NCBI GenBank assembly: GCA_013425335.1
Contig: JACCLG010000012.1
Location: 1-55,819 of the forward strand
From: Candidatus Micrarchaeota archaeon
GTDB lineage: Archaea; Micrarchaeota; Micrarchaeia; Burarchaeales; Fermentimicrarchaeaceae
Length of the DNA: 55,819 nucleotides
Reading direction: 5' to 3'
Numbering within the stretch: position 1 is the first letter of the stretch; every line of letters begins with the position of its first letter. The translations under genes and the position numbers were made by a program. Below are positions 10,253 to 19,089 of this stretch, in pieces. The notes below the pieces were generated by a model, which made no database searches, was not told where the DNA came from, and saw only the letters and a list, made by a program, of their open reading frames with translations.

Positions 10253-10326
10253 CGCCCCCACGGGGATTCGAACCCCGGACTCCGGCTCCGCAAGCCAGCG
10301 TTTTATCCAGGCTAGACTATGGGGGC
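10253..10326 (-). tRNA. tRNA-Arg (anticodon GCG)
   Basis: Hand-folded cloverleaf: acceptor GCCCCCA/TGGGGGC, anticodon arm CTGGC-TTGCGGA-GCCGG, T-arm CGGGG-TTCGAAT-CCCCG. No encoded CCA. Confidence 0.9.
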
Positions 10327-10374
10327 TTTTAGAATGGGTTATTATATTTTATCCTCCAAAATAACTTAAAGGTG

Positions 10375-10536
10375 ATGCATATTCTGAAAATTTGCAGCTC
10401 GTGCGGAAAGCAGACAAGGCTATATGCCGAGTTTTCCTGCCCTCATTGCGGGGAGGGGGTCATTGTGAGATGCCCCCACTGCAGGGAGACAATAAACATA
10501 TACAGATGCAGCAAGTGCGGCAAGGAAGGTCCTTAA
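10375..10536 (+). CDS. Small zinc-ribbon protein (53 aa), the type commonly found upstream of aEF-1beta
   Basis: Hand translation gives MHILKICSSCGKQTRLYAEFSCPHCGEGVIVRCPHCRETINIYRCSKCGKEGP, with four CxxC pairs. It is below the ORF-track size cut-off, and GGAGG follows it before the next gene. Confidence 0.7.
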   Translation: MHILKICSSCGKQTRLYAEFSCPHCGEGVIVRCPHCRETINIYRCSKCGKEGP

Positions 10537-10548
10537 GGAGGTTTTTGT

Positions 10549-10797
10549 ATGGGAACTGCTGCTGTGATCATAAAGGTTTTTCCAGAAAGCCCTGAAATGC
10601 TGGAGAAGGTCAAATGCTCCATTCAGAATGAGCTGAAGCCCTACAAGCTTGAGGAGGAGGAAGTGGCTTTTGGGATGAAGGCATTGAAGGTGACGATTCT
10701 AGTTAAGGATTCCAGCGGGGGAAGCGACATTGAGGAGAAGCTGAAGAAAATCCCGGGAGTCAGCGAGGTTCAGACAGAGGAGGTAACGCTCATCTAG
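10549..10797 (+). CDS. ef1b: Elongation factor 1-beta (aEF-1beta)
   Basis: 82 aa, VIIKVFPESPE..AFGMKALKV..IPGVSEVQTEEVTLI, typical of archaeal EF-1beta. Confidence 0.85.
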   Translation: MGTAAVIIKVFPESPEMLEKVKCSIQNELKPYKLEEEEVAFGMKALKVTILVKDSSGGSDIEEKLKKIPGVSEVQTEEVTLI

Positions 10798-11266
10798 CTT
10801 CCTCCAGCATGCTTTTCACTTTTTCCACATTTCTCTTTATCCTTTCCCAGTGAGAGCCCTCCCAGAAGACTTTCTTGCATTTCTTGCACACCCAGAACAC
10901 GTCATGCTTCGAAAGAAGCTCTGAAGGAACTTTCGTCTTCACATCCTTTTTTCCAACCTGTTTCAGCATCCCGTTGCAGAGGGGGCACAGCACTTTTGAA
11001 GGCGCATCGGATATGTCAAGCTTGAACCTCTTTATGAGTAGCACAAGCTGCTCCTCTGTGCTCCTCCTCGGAACAAGGAATACGCTCAAATCCTGCTTCC
11101 TGGCCCTTCTGCACAGCTCTGAATCCATTGTGAGCAGAATTTTCTTATGCTTCTTCGTGAATTCGATTATGTCATCGTCATCAATGGAGTCCGGGTATAA
11201 GGCTTCAACTCCCAGCAGCCTGAGCCACCTGGCCAGTTTCTTCAGCATTGCATCGGCAACAAACAT
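10790..11266 (-). CDS. Mut7-C (DUF82) PIN-like RNase domain protein with C-terminal zinc ribbon
   Basis: MFVADAMLKKLARWLRLLG..CPLCNG..VCKKCKKVFWEGSHW. The start is moved to the internal ATG at 11266, which avoids overlap with rad50. Confidence 0.75.
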   Translation of the reverse strand: MFVADAMLKKLARWLRLLGVEALYPDSIDDDDIIEFTKKHKKILLTMDSELCRRARKQDLSVFLVPRRSTEEQLVLLIKRFKLDISDAPSKVLCPLCNGMLKQVGKKDVKTKVPSELLSKHDVFWVCKKCKKVFWEGSHWERIKRNVEKVKSMLEEAR

Positions 11267-11299
11267 ATATTTTTTTAGTATTGCTTCTAAAATATAAGC

Positions 11300-13558
11300 G
11301 TGATAGATGGCATCTCCTTGCACAACTGGAAATCCCATGAGGATACGAGCTTCAAGTTTGGGAAAGGGACGAATATACTTGTAGGTCCGATGGGAAGCGG
11401 GAAAAGCACCGTGCTGGATGCATTATGCTTCGCCCTGTTTGGCAATTTTCCAGCATTGCAGCACAAGCGCGTGAAGCTCTCTGAGATAATAATGAACAGG
11501 CCGGCGAGGAAGGATGAGGCATGGGTCAAGGTTGAGCTCACCTGGCAGGGAAGCAAGTATGAGATTGAGAGGAGGATAAATTCCGAGGGCAGCTCGGAAG
11601 CCAGGATAAGCAGAGGAGGGAAGCTTGTTCAGGGGCCCCAGCCCCAAAGGGTAAATGAAGAGGTTGAGAGGCTGCTGAAGATAGACTACGAGCTTTTCAC
11701 GCGGGCAGTCTATGCAGAGCAGAATGGAATTGACTATTTCCTCACACTGGGAAGGGGCGACAGGAAGAAGCAGATTGACGAGCTGCTGGGCATAAACAAG
11801 TTTGAGGTGATGAGGAGCAGCCTCAGCACCGTCTTGAACAGGATAAATGGGATGCAGGACGACAAGAGGGCTCTGCTCGGCAGCATGGATGCGGAGAAAC
11901 TCAGGAAGGAGGAGGAGAGCGCTGCCAGCGATTTGAAAAGGCTTGAGAAGGAGACGCAGGAGTTCAGCAGCAGAGCCAGCGACATCGTAGTTAGGAAGAA
12001 AAATGCTGAAGCAGCCCTTTCAAAGATGAGCATGGTGGAGAGGGTATACAACGAGCTCAGCGAGAGGAAGGGGGCAGTTGCACGCACCATAGAGAACCTT
12101 GAGAAGGAAGAGGCAGGGAGGATGGCTGCGGTATCCCCTGAGGAGATAGAAAGGGCAGATGAGGCGGAGATGGGGAGGATTGATGAGGGTGTGAGGGAGG
12201 GGAAGAAGAGGGTTGCGGAGTATACGCGTGAGCTAGGTTCTACTAATGAGAGGATTAGAGCAGTTCAGGATGAGATGAAGGAGAGGGGGGAGCTTGAAAA
12301 AAGAATTGCAGAGTTCAAGGAGAGTGCTGCAGAGCTCGAGGGCAGGATAAACGAGGAAGAGAAGAAGCTGGAGGAAGCACGGGGAGAAATCGGCTGCTCA
12401 AAGCGGAGGGTTGCTGAGCTGGATGAAGTGATTTCAGAGCTCGGCAAGGATATGACGAAATGCCCTGTATGCGAGACGCCTCTTGAAGAGGAGAGAAGGA
12501 AGGAGCTGTTAGAGAAGAGGAAAAATGAAAGAGCTGGCGAGGCTGAAAGGATACCTGGTATGGAGAAGCTTATCGCAGATAATGAAAAGCTTCTGAGCGG
12601 CATTAAGGATAAGCTGAAGAAAGTGAGAGATGTTGAAGAAAGAATGAAAAGATTGAGAGGCAAGGAGGAGGCTGAAAGGCTGGGTTCCCTCCTCAGCTCT
12701 GTTGAGGAAAAGCTCAGCAAGGAGGAGCATGCCTTGAAGGATACTGAAGACAAGAGGGAAAGAGTGAGGGTTGCTCTGGAGATAAAGAAATCAAGGATGC
12801 GCATGGAGGAGCTCAGGAAGGAGGGAGCTGATGTTGAGAGAAAGCTGGGAGAGATTAAGTTTGACAGGGATGCCCTAGAGGCAAAGAGAAACGAGGTAGG
12901 GGAGCTGAGAACCGAGGAGAGGGGAATTGCCGAGAAAATTGAAGGGCTGCGCAATGAAATCAAGAGGGTTGAGGAGATTGTGAGAGGGAAAAGGGAGGAG
13001 ATTGAGAGGTATGAGAAGCTCGGCAAGGATGCCGAGAGGTACGGCTCATTCTACGAGAATTTTGCGCTGTTCCAGAATGCAGTTTCAGAGACGCAGGCTG
13101 AGCTGAGGGAGGAGCTCATAGGAGCGATAAACGCCGCCATGGGGGAAATGTGGAGCACCGTGTACCCCTACGCCGATTACCAGGGCGTCAGGCTGAATGC
13201 CAACCAGGAGGATTACGAGCTGCAGCTCAATGCTACAGGAAATTGGGTGAGTGTCGACGGCATTGCAAGCGGCGGAGAGAGGTCAAGCGCCAGCATTGTC
13301 ATGAGGATGGCTTTTGCCATGGTGCTTGTGCCGAACCTGAGCTGGCTGATACTTGACGAGCCCACCCATAATTTGGATGAAGAGGGTAGAAAAGCGCTTG
13401 GGAAGGTTTTGAGCGAGTATGCGCCGAAAATAGTGGAGCAGGTTTTTGTCATAACCCATGACGAGAGCATGAAGGATGAGGCAACTGCCAGGGTATATCA
13501 CCTCTGGAGAAACAAGGAAAAAAATGAACCAACAAAAGTGGAAAGCGAAATGCTTTAA
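11300..13558 (+). CDS. rad50: Rad50 SMC-like ATPase
   Basis: Walker A GPMGSGKST, long Glu/Lys coiled coil, zinc hook CPVC, signature SGGE, Walker B LILDEPT. GTG start. Confidence 0.9.
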   Translation: MIDGISLHNWKSHEDTSFKFGKGTNILVGPMGSGKSTVLDALCFALFGNFPALQHKRVKLSEIIMNRPARKDEAWVKVELTWQGSKYEIERRINSEGSSEARISRGGKLVQGPQPQRVNEEVERLLKIDYELFTRAVYAEQNGIDYFLTLGRGDRKKQIDELLGINKFEVMRSSLSTVLNRINGMQDDKRALLGSMDAEKLRKEEESAASDLKRLEKETQEFSSRASDIVVRKKNAEAALSKMSMVERVYNELSERKGAVARTIENLEKEEAGRMAAVSPEEIERADEAEMGRIDEGVREGKKRVAEYTRELGSTNERIRAVQDEMKERGELEKRIAEFKESAAELEGRINEEEKKLEEARGEIGCSKRRVAELDEVISELGKDMTKCPVCETPLEEERRKELLEKRKNERAGEAERIPGMEKLIADNEKLLSGIKDKLKKVRDVEERMKRLRGKEEAERLGSLLSSVEEKLSKEEHALKDTEDKRERVRVALEIKKSRMRMEELRKEGADVERKLGEIKFDRDALEAKRNEVGELRTEERGIAEKIEGLRNEIKRVEEIVRGKREEIERYEKLGKDAERYGSFYENFALFQNAVSETQAELREELIGAINAAMGEMWSTVYPYADYQGVRLNANQEDYELQLNATGNWVSVDGIASGGERSSASIVMRMAFAMVLVPNLSWLILDEPTHNLDEEGRKALGKVLSEYAPKIVEQVFVITHDESMKDEATARVYHLWRNKEKNEPTKVESEML

Positions 13559-13608
13559 ATACTGCTACACATTAGTTTAACGCGATTGGCGACAGTTGGT
13601 GAGACACG

Positions 13609-13911
13609 ATGGAAGAAATTACCGAAAATGCACAGCTCGAAGTTCTAAAAAATTCTGGTTTGCTCTCCGAGTTTGTGCGCAACACCAAGGGAAATTGGAA
13701 TCAAGCCGAAGTGGAGAGCCTGATGATAAAGATAAGGGAGCAGAATATAACAATTGCTCTCGATAAACTTGGGGCATTGCTTGAATCTGAAAGGGTCGCG
13801 CTTGCCCAGAAAGGCGCGGATGAAGGGGAAACTGCAGTAAACTTTGATGAACTGGGCTTGAGGAAGAAGAGGGAAGTCTTTGGAAGCGAGCTGAAGAAGA
13901 GGATAAGGTGA
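13609..13911 (+). CDS. Hypothetical 100-aa protein
   Basis: An ORF with plausible composition, ending 4 nt before the MinD-like gene. No recognisable motif. Confidence 0.4.
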   Translation: MEEITENAQLEVLKNSGLLSEFVRNTKGNWNQAEVESLMIKIREQNITIALDKLGALLESERVALAQKGADEGETAVNFDELGLRKKREVFGSELKKRIR

Positions 13912-13915
13912 TAAG

Positions 13916-14659
13916 TTGATTATAACAATTGCATCAGGCAAGGGAGGGGTGGGGAAGAGCAATTTTGTGGCAAACCTGGGTTTATGCCTGAGCGATTTCG
14001 GGGTTGACACCCTTATAGTTGACGGCAATTTGAGCAACGGGGACCTGTCATGCATACTCGGACCGCCTTTCCCGGAGTGTACAATACATGACTTGTTCTC
14101 CAATGATGCTAATTTCGAGGATATTGTATTCGCCCACCCTGCAGGAGTTAAGATGATAGCCTCAAGCCTTGCGCTTGAGGATGTTGAGACTGTGCCGCCG
14201 CAGCACCTCTGGAAAGTGAGAACACAGCTCAGCAAGGCAGCGGACATAGTCCTTGTTGATGCGCCGGGCACATTGGGGAACAACACCCTTGAGACGCTGA
14301 AAATAGCAGACAGGGTCATACTTATAACAACTCCCGAGATAACCTCATTCTCCAACACCTTGAAAACAAAGATGGTTGCAGACAGGAACGGAGTTGAAAT
14401 CTTCGGAACCGTTCTGAACAAGGTGAGGAAGAACGAGAAGAGGGTGAGGAGGATTGCGAAGGAGTGGCTCGGCACCCCTCTGCTGTGCAGCCTTCCCTAC
14501 GACAACAACGTGATAAAATCTTCTGAATATGGCAGAGCCGTCCTGAGGCACAAGCCAAGAAGCGCCTACAGCATCGGCATAAGGAAGTTCGGCGCTAAGC
14601 TGGCGAATGTCACTTACAAAGCTGGCAGGAGAAAGAAGGTGACACGCTCCCACTCGTGA
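13916..14659 (+). CDS. minD: MinD/ParA-family P-loop ATPase
   Basis: Deviant Walker A IASGKGGVGKS at the N-terminus. TTG start. Confidence 0.85.
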   Translation: MIITIASGKGGVGKSNFVANLGLCLSDFGVDTLIVDGNLSNGDLSCILGPPFPECTIHDLFSNDANFEDIVFAHPAGVKMIASSLALEDVETVPPQHLWKVRTQLSKAADIVLVDAPGTLGNNTLETLKIADRVILITTPEITSFSNTLKTKMVADRNGVEIFGTVLNKVRKNEKRVRRIAKEWLGTPLLCSLPYDNNVIKSSEYGRAVLRHKPRSAYSIGIRKFGAKLANVTYKAGRRKKVTRSHS

Positions 14660-14685
14660 TGAAGAAGTGGGATTCCCATCACTTT

Positions 14686-15612
14686 TTAAAGTAGGCTTCT
14701 CAATTCGGCAGCAGCTTTTTCCGGCGGCATGGTGTTTATTATTATCTCGCTGCCCAGCTCAAAGCCCGCAAGTTTCGTGACTCTCGGGCATATCTCAATA
14801 TGGAAGTGGAAGTCCTCCCCCTTAGGTGCAATGTGAAGGTAGTAGTTGTACGGTGGGTTTTTGAGCAGTTTGCTGAGCGCCTCCAGGATTTTCTTAAGCG
14901 CATCTGCCAGAGAGTTCTTCTCCTCATTTGTCAAGTCCGTGATGTTTCCTGCATGCCTCTTTGGAAGCAGCCACGCCTCAAACGGGAATCTTGATGCAAA
15001 GGGGGCGAAGCAGAAGAAGTCGTCGTTCTCAAAAATCTTCCTCTCAGAATCCATCTCCATTTTCGCTATATCGCAGAATATGCATCTCTTTTCCTTGCTG
15101 TGGTATTTCTTGTATGCAGCAAGCTCCTCCTCAACAAGAGTGGGGACCCTTTGAAGCGCTATCAGCTGGCTGTGCTCATGGGAGATGGAGGTGCCTGCCT
15201 CCTCGCCGTGGTTCTTGAAGATTAAGACGTACTGTATTCCGCTTATGGTGCTTATCTCGCATATCCTGTTGCAATACATGTCTATGACTTCCCTTATTGC
15301 GCCTGGGGGAAGATCCTGAAGGTTCTTGTTGTGCTGGTTCATCTCAACTATTACCTCATGCCTGCCGAATGCCTGGGGGAAATCCAGCGAAGTGGCGGGG
15401 TACATATTCTCAAAGCACCTGACAGTCCAGCCATGGGGCCCGCTTATGCTTATAATCTCTTTCGGGGTGAGATGCTCGTTCCCCGGGCAGAATACGCATA
15501 CTCCTTCCTTCGCCTCGCACTGCTTCTGTATGAAGTCATGCGGCCTCTTCCCCCTGTTCTCTGTTATGAGAACCCACCTGTCAAGCAGGCAGTCCTTCCT
15601 CAGCTCGTTCAT
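14686..15612 (-). CDS. galT: Galactose-1-phosphate uridylyltransferase family (HIT superfamily) nucleotidyltransferase
   Basis: CVFCPGNEH zinc motif and the HEHSQLIAL HxHxQ active-site motif. Confidence 0.8.
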   Translation of the reverse strand: MNELRKDCLLDRWVLITENRGKRPHDFIQKQCEAKEGVCVFCPGNEHLTPKEIISISGPHGWTVRCFENMYPATSLDFPQAFGRHEVIVEMNQHNKNLQDLPPGAIREVIDMYCNRICEISTISGIQYVLIFKNHGEEAGTSISHEHSQLIALQRVPTLVEEELAAYKKYHSKEKRCIFCDIAKMEMDSERKIFENDDFFCFAPFASRFPFEAWLLPKRHAGNITDLTNEEKNSLADALKKILEALSKLLKNPPYNYYLHIAPKGEDFHFHIEICPRVTKLAGFELGSEIIINTMPPEKAAAELRSLL

Positions 15613-15621
15613 GTAAACACC

Positions 15622-17127
15622 TCAGATGAATGCTTCAACATCCTCCTTCTTCTTTTTGCTCAGCTCCTCAAACTTCTTTGCAAGGGTGTCTATGTCCTCG
15701 CCTTTTGAGGATTTCTTTGACTTCCTCTTTCTTATTTTCACGAAGATAGGGAAGTTCACGGCCTCTCCCACGATGAGGGCCTCCCCAACTCTCAGGGTGC
15801 TTATGCTTTTCAGCATATTCTCATCGAGGGCCTCGCACCCTTCCCCTATGTGCTTTATATCGTATGGGTTTGTCACCCTCATTATTATATGCGTGTTCGC
15901 CTGAGCCAAGGCGGTTGTGCTCAGCTGCACTGGCCGTTGGCTTATGAGCCCTATTGACGCGCCGAACTTCCTGCCCTCCCTCGCTATCTTCTCCACCACG
16001 CTCTTGGAGAGCATATCCTGCTTTGACGCCTTCTCCTTGGCGAAGTTATGCGACTCCTCAATCAATAGAATAAAGGGCGGTATCCTCTCTTTTTTCCTTG
16101 CAGAGAAAAGCTTCCTTGCGAAGTATGCAACTATGAGCTGCTTCTTTCTCAAGTTATCTATGTTGCTCAAATCAATCACAGAAAGCCTGCCAGGCTGGGC
16201 CAATTCATAGACACTGGGGTTGTCGTTCTTTGAGAATATCCTCATCGATCTCAAAGAGGAAAGCGTGGCCAGCAGAGGCGCCTTGCTGTTCTCCTTCATG
16301 TTGCTCTTCTCAACCCTCTCCATCAGGTCCTCCAAATCAAAAAGCTCTCCCTTGCTCTTTTTCTCCTGCCTCAGCCCAATAAGCACATTGTCTATATCCC
16401 TCTTCTGGGCAGAGCTGAGCTGCGGAAGGAATTCACCAAGTATTTGAGGCGATACCTTGTTGAGCCCTATGCGTATCTTCCTTCCCTCAAAAATTGTTGT
16501 ATTCGCCCCATATTCCGGTGAGCTCTTGAAGCCAGTATACTCACCATGGACATCAAGCATGATGACGGCAACCCGCCCCTGCTCCGGCTTTCTCTCAAGC
16601 AGCTCCTCAATGATGATGCTCGCGAGATAGGATTTCCCTGCACCGCTCATTGCTAGTATGGCGAAGTGCTTCTGCAGGAGCCTGTTCAGATTGACTTTCA
16701 CATCCAGTTTGTGATGCTCAAGCTCCCCAAGCTTCAGCCCCTTATCATCAAACCCCAGTATGCCGTTGAGCAGGCTTTCATCGGCCAAACTAACTTTTGA
16801 GCCGGGCGCTGTCGGGAAGGTGCTCCTCATCAGTATTCCATCCTTGTAAACGCCAAGGGCCCTGACATTTGCTATGATGTACTCCCAATCTGTTGTGGGA
16901 AAACTTTTGGAGAGGGACTCCCCTCCCCTCTCATACTCGGCAACACTCTCGGCCCTCTCAAAATATCTGTTCGCCCTGGTTATATCCGTTATGAAGCCTA
17001 TGAGCAGCCCCTCTTCTGTCTCCGATTGGACATAGTGCCCTTTCCTCACCTTGTTGTTGCTCACAACGAATGAGAATTCGGTTGTTGAGGGACCTTCCAT
17101 AGTTGAGATAACTGTCCCAAGTTCCAT
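15622..17127 (-). CDS. herA: HerA-type hexameric DNA helicase/translocase
   Basis: An N-terminal HAS-barrel-like region is followed by the FtsK/HerA ATPase with Walker A MSGAGKSY and Walker B ILLIEESH. Confidence 0.88.
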   Translation of the reverse strand: MELGTVISTMEGPSTTEFSFVVSNNKVRKGHYVQSETEEGLLIGFITDITRANRYFERAESVAEYERGGESLSKSFPTTDWEYIIANVRALGVYKDGILMRSTFPTAPGSKVSLADESLLNGILGFDDKGLKLGELEHHKLDVKVNLNRLLQKHFAILAMSGAGKSYLASIIIEELLERKPEQGRVAVIMLDVHGEYTGFKSSPEYGANTTIFEGRKIRIGLNKVSPQILGEFLPQLSSAQKRDIDNVLIGLRQEKKSKGELFDLEDLMERVEKSNMKENSKAPLLATLSSLRSMRIFSKNDNPSVYELAQPGRLSVIDLSNIDNLRKKQLIVAYFARKLFSARKKERIPPFILLIEESHNFAKEKASKQDMLSKSVVEKIAREGRKFGASIGLISQRPVQLSTTALAQANTHIIMRVTNPYDIKHIGEGCEALDENMLKSISTLRVGEALIVGEAVNFPIFVKIRKRKSKKSSKGEDIDTLAKKFEELSKKKKEDVEAFI

Positions 17128-17152
17128 CGAATCACTTTACTCATTACTCTAT

Positions 17153-17989
17153 TTAAAAGCTTGGATAGGGTAGATTTCCGATAATTGGCATGGCGAAAAT
17201 GAGCACCAGAAGCACTGCAAGAAGGAAAGCCAAAAATGCGGTTATGGCAAGCGATATGACAAAGGAGATTATCGCTTTTACGGTATTGAACTCATTGACC
17301 TCGCGGATGCCTAGGAAGATGAGGAAGAGCGTGTAGGAGAGGATTAAGAGGTTTGCCACTAGCGCTATGAAGAGCCCGAAGACAGGCACTGCACCAAGCA
17401 CCATGGCGAATATCCAGAGCGGGAACATTGCAAGCATTATGTATGAGAGGATGCAGGCCTGCTGCACATACTCTCCCTTGCCTCCAAGCAGCTTCGCAGG
17501 CAGGAAGTGTATCAAAGATGCAAGCAACCACCCAAGGATGGAAACTCCAAAGTAGAATATATTCACTATAAGAAATGCAAATATATTTTTTACATCAAAC
17601 AGGTTGGGCTGCGCATTTATGCCGAAGGTGGTGGGCACCAGAGCAATAACGACCAGAAATATAATCCAGAGGGCGAGCATGAAGAAGTAAAGCACGGCGA
17701 GATTGACAACTCCTGTGAGAAGGGAGGGATATTCTTTAAGCCTTCTTATTGCTCTTTCAGGCTCCACGTAAAGCGAGCTCACAGCCTCCAGAATACGCGG
17801 TTGCCCCTTGCCCTTGTAAAGCTCCTGTTGGGAAATCTCATACGACGGCACGCTTTGGGGTGAGCGCAGAGGATTCCCGCACTTGGGGCACTTGCCGTTT
17901 GATGAGAGCGCGCAGTTGCCGCAATAAAGAAGGTTGCACCTCTCGCACATTGCTGCGGCATCCTTGTCCGGGTGGTTCGAGCATTTCAT
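17153..17989 (-). CDS. Zinc-ribbon (B-box-like) plus Yip1-like multi-pass membrane protein
   Basis: The N-terminus has CSNHP..CERCNLLYCGNC..CPKCGN, followed by 5 hydrophobic helices. It sits between nurA and herA on the same strand with 4-nt and 25-nt gaps. Confidence 0.6.
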   Translation of the reverse strand: MKCSNHPDKDAAAMCERCNLLYCGNCALSSNGKCPKCGNPLRSPQSVPSYEISQQELYKGKGQPRILEAVSSLYVEPERAIRRLKEYPSLLTGVVNLAVLYFFMLALWIIFLVVIALVPTTFGINAQPNLFDVKNIFAFLIVNIFYFGVSILGWLLASLIHFLPAKLLGGKGEYVQQACILSYIMLAMFPLWIFAMVLGAVPVFGLFIALVANLLILSYTLFLIFLGIREVNEFNTVKAIISFVISLAITAFLAFLLAVLLVLIFAMPIIGNLPYPSF

Positions 17990-17993
17990 GCAA

Positions 17994-19046
17994 TCATCTG
18001 AACGGCCTGCTGTCCCTCCTCAGCGGGAGGAATGAAACCCTTCTGCCTGCCTTCAGCAGGAGGTTCCTGCATGTCCTTTCTATCTCGGTCCTGTCCATGG
18101 CGGCGCGCATATCCGCCTCAATCAGTATGGCGGGGTATGCATATTTTTGGTTAATTGTGCTGAGGGAGTATATTAAGGATGCTACCTCACCGGCATTCTT
18201 CTTCGTCTTGAGAAACTCAATCCTGAGAGGCCGGTCATCCTTCACAGGCTTAATATACAACGCATTCATCTTGGCGCTCCATGCTCCCAGATCCTTGAGA
18301 ACCTGGTGCTCCCTCTCCGCGCTGGAGTAGTGGAATTCGAATGTCCTCTCCCCCTCCTTAAGAAGGAAGTGCAGGAAGGAAGTGTCATGTGATGTCGCAA
18401 GAACCTTTTTATCATCATCTGGCAGAGTTTTCTCAAGAATCTCTATAAATCTCTTACCTCTGCTGTCCTTTATCACCCCAATGAGTTGGCACTCCTTCTC
18501 CTCGCAGAGCGAGTAAAGCTTGTTGTATCCTTCAAGCAGCTGGTTGTAGAGCGGTCTCACAGGTGAATCTTCAGAGGGCTTGTCTGAAATCTGCGGCACT
18601 ATTGAGCCGTCAAGCAGCATGCAAGTTGGGGAGTATTTCTCAACAGTCTCTGATGCAACTGCTATCTCCCTCTTTAGCCTGGTGAGGGACTTGTGCCATG
18701 TGAATTCATGCGAGTCCAGGGAGGTTAAAGCGTCTGTCTCAGCCTCTGGTATGCGGGACGGGTGGTAGCTGTGCGACACCCTCTTTGAGTTCTTGTATTC
18801 GAATATCACTGCAAGCGCTCTTGTAAGCACCAAGTCAAACCCGTGAAATTCCTGGGCGGAAAGTCCTCCGTCAACGGCAGCCACCTTGCAGTTCAGCTCA
18901 ACAGGCTCCACCTTGTGAACAAGATTCTTTTCCAGAGCTTCGGGGTAGAACTCCTTTCCCTCTTCCCTGAGCTTCTTGGCAAGCTCCTCCCTTTTCTCCT
19001 CAAGGGCTTTTATGTTGTCTATCAGTTCTGCAAGCCGGTCGTGCAT
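17994..19046 (-). CDS. nurA: NurA nuclease
   Basis: NurA-type acidic motifs AAVDGG and MLLDGSIVPQ. The start is taken at the internal ATG (MHDRLAEL), leaving a divergent AT-rich promoter shared with pth2. Confidence 0.75.
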   Translation of the reverse strand: MHDRLAELIDNIKALEEKREELAKKLREEGKEFYPEALEKNLVHKVEPVELNCKVAAVDGGLSAQEFHGFDLVLTRALAVIFEYKNSKRVSHSYHPSRIPEAETDALTSLDSHEFTWHKSLTRLKREIAVASETVEKYSPTCMLLDGSIVPQISDKPSEDSPVRPLYNQLLEGYNKLYSLCEEKECQLIGVIKDSRGKRFIEILEKTLPDDDKKVLATSHDTSFLHFLLKEGERTFEFHYSSAEREHQVLKDLGAWSAKMNALYIKPVKDDRPLRIEFLKTKKNAGEVASLIYSLSTINQKYAYPAILIEADMRAAMDRTEIERTCRNLLLKAGRRVSFLPLRRDSRPFR

Positions 19047-19089
19047 AGATTTAATTAATTCATTACTGCATTTATAAGGTTTGGTTGAA

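Noticed and set aside
10392-10595. 67-aa plus-strand ORF upstream of aEF-1beta
   Set aside because: Its sequence is implausible. A different frame (10375-10536) encodes a clean four-CxxC zinc-ribbon protein of the kind usually found upstream of ef1b.
12265-13026. 253-aa minus-strand ORF rich in Ser/Leu/Phe
   Set aside because: It is the antisense shadow of the Glu/Lys/Arg-rich Rad50 coiled coil, with extreme low complexity.
13645-14475. 276-aa minus-strand ORF
   Set aside because: It is antisense to the well-supported MinD-like gene and the 100-aa ORF, and has no motifs.
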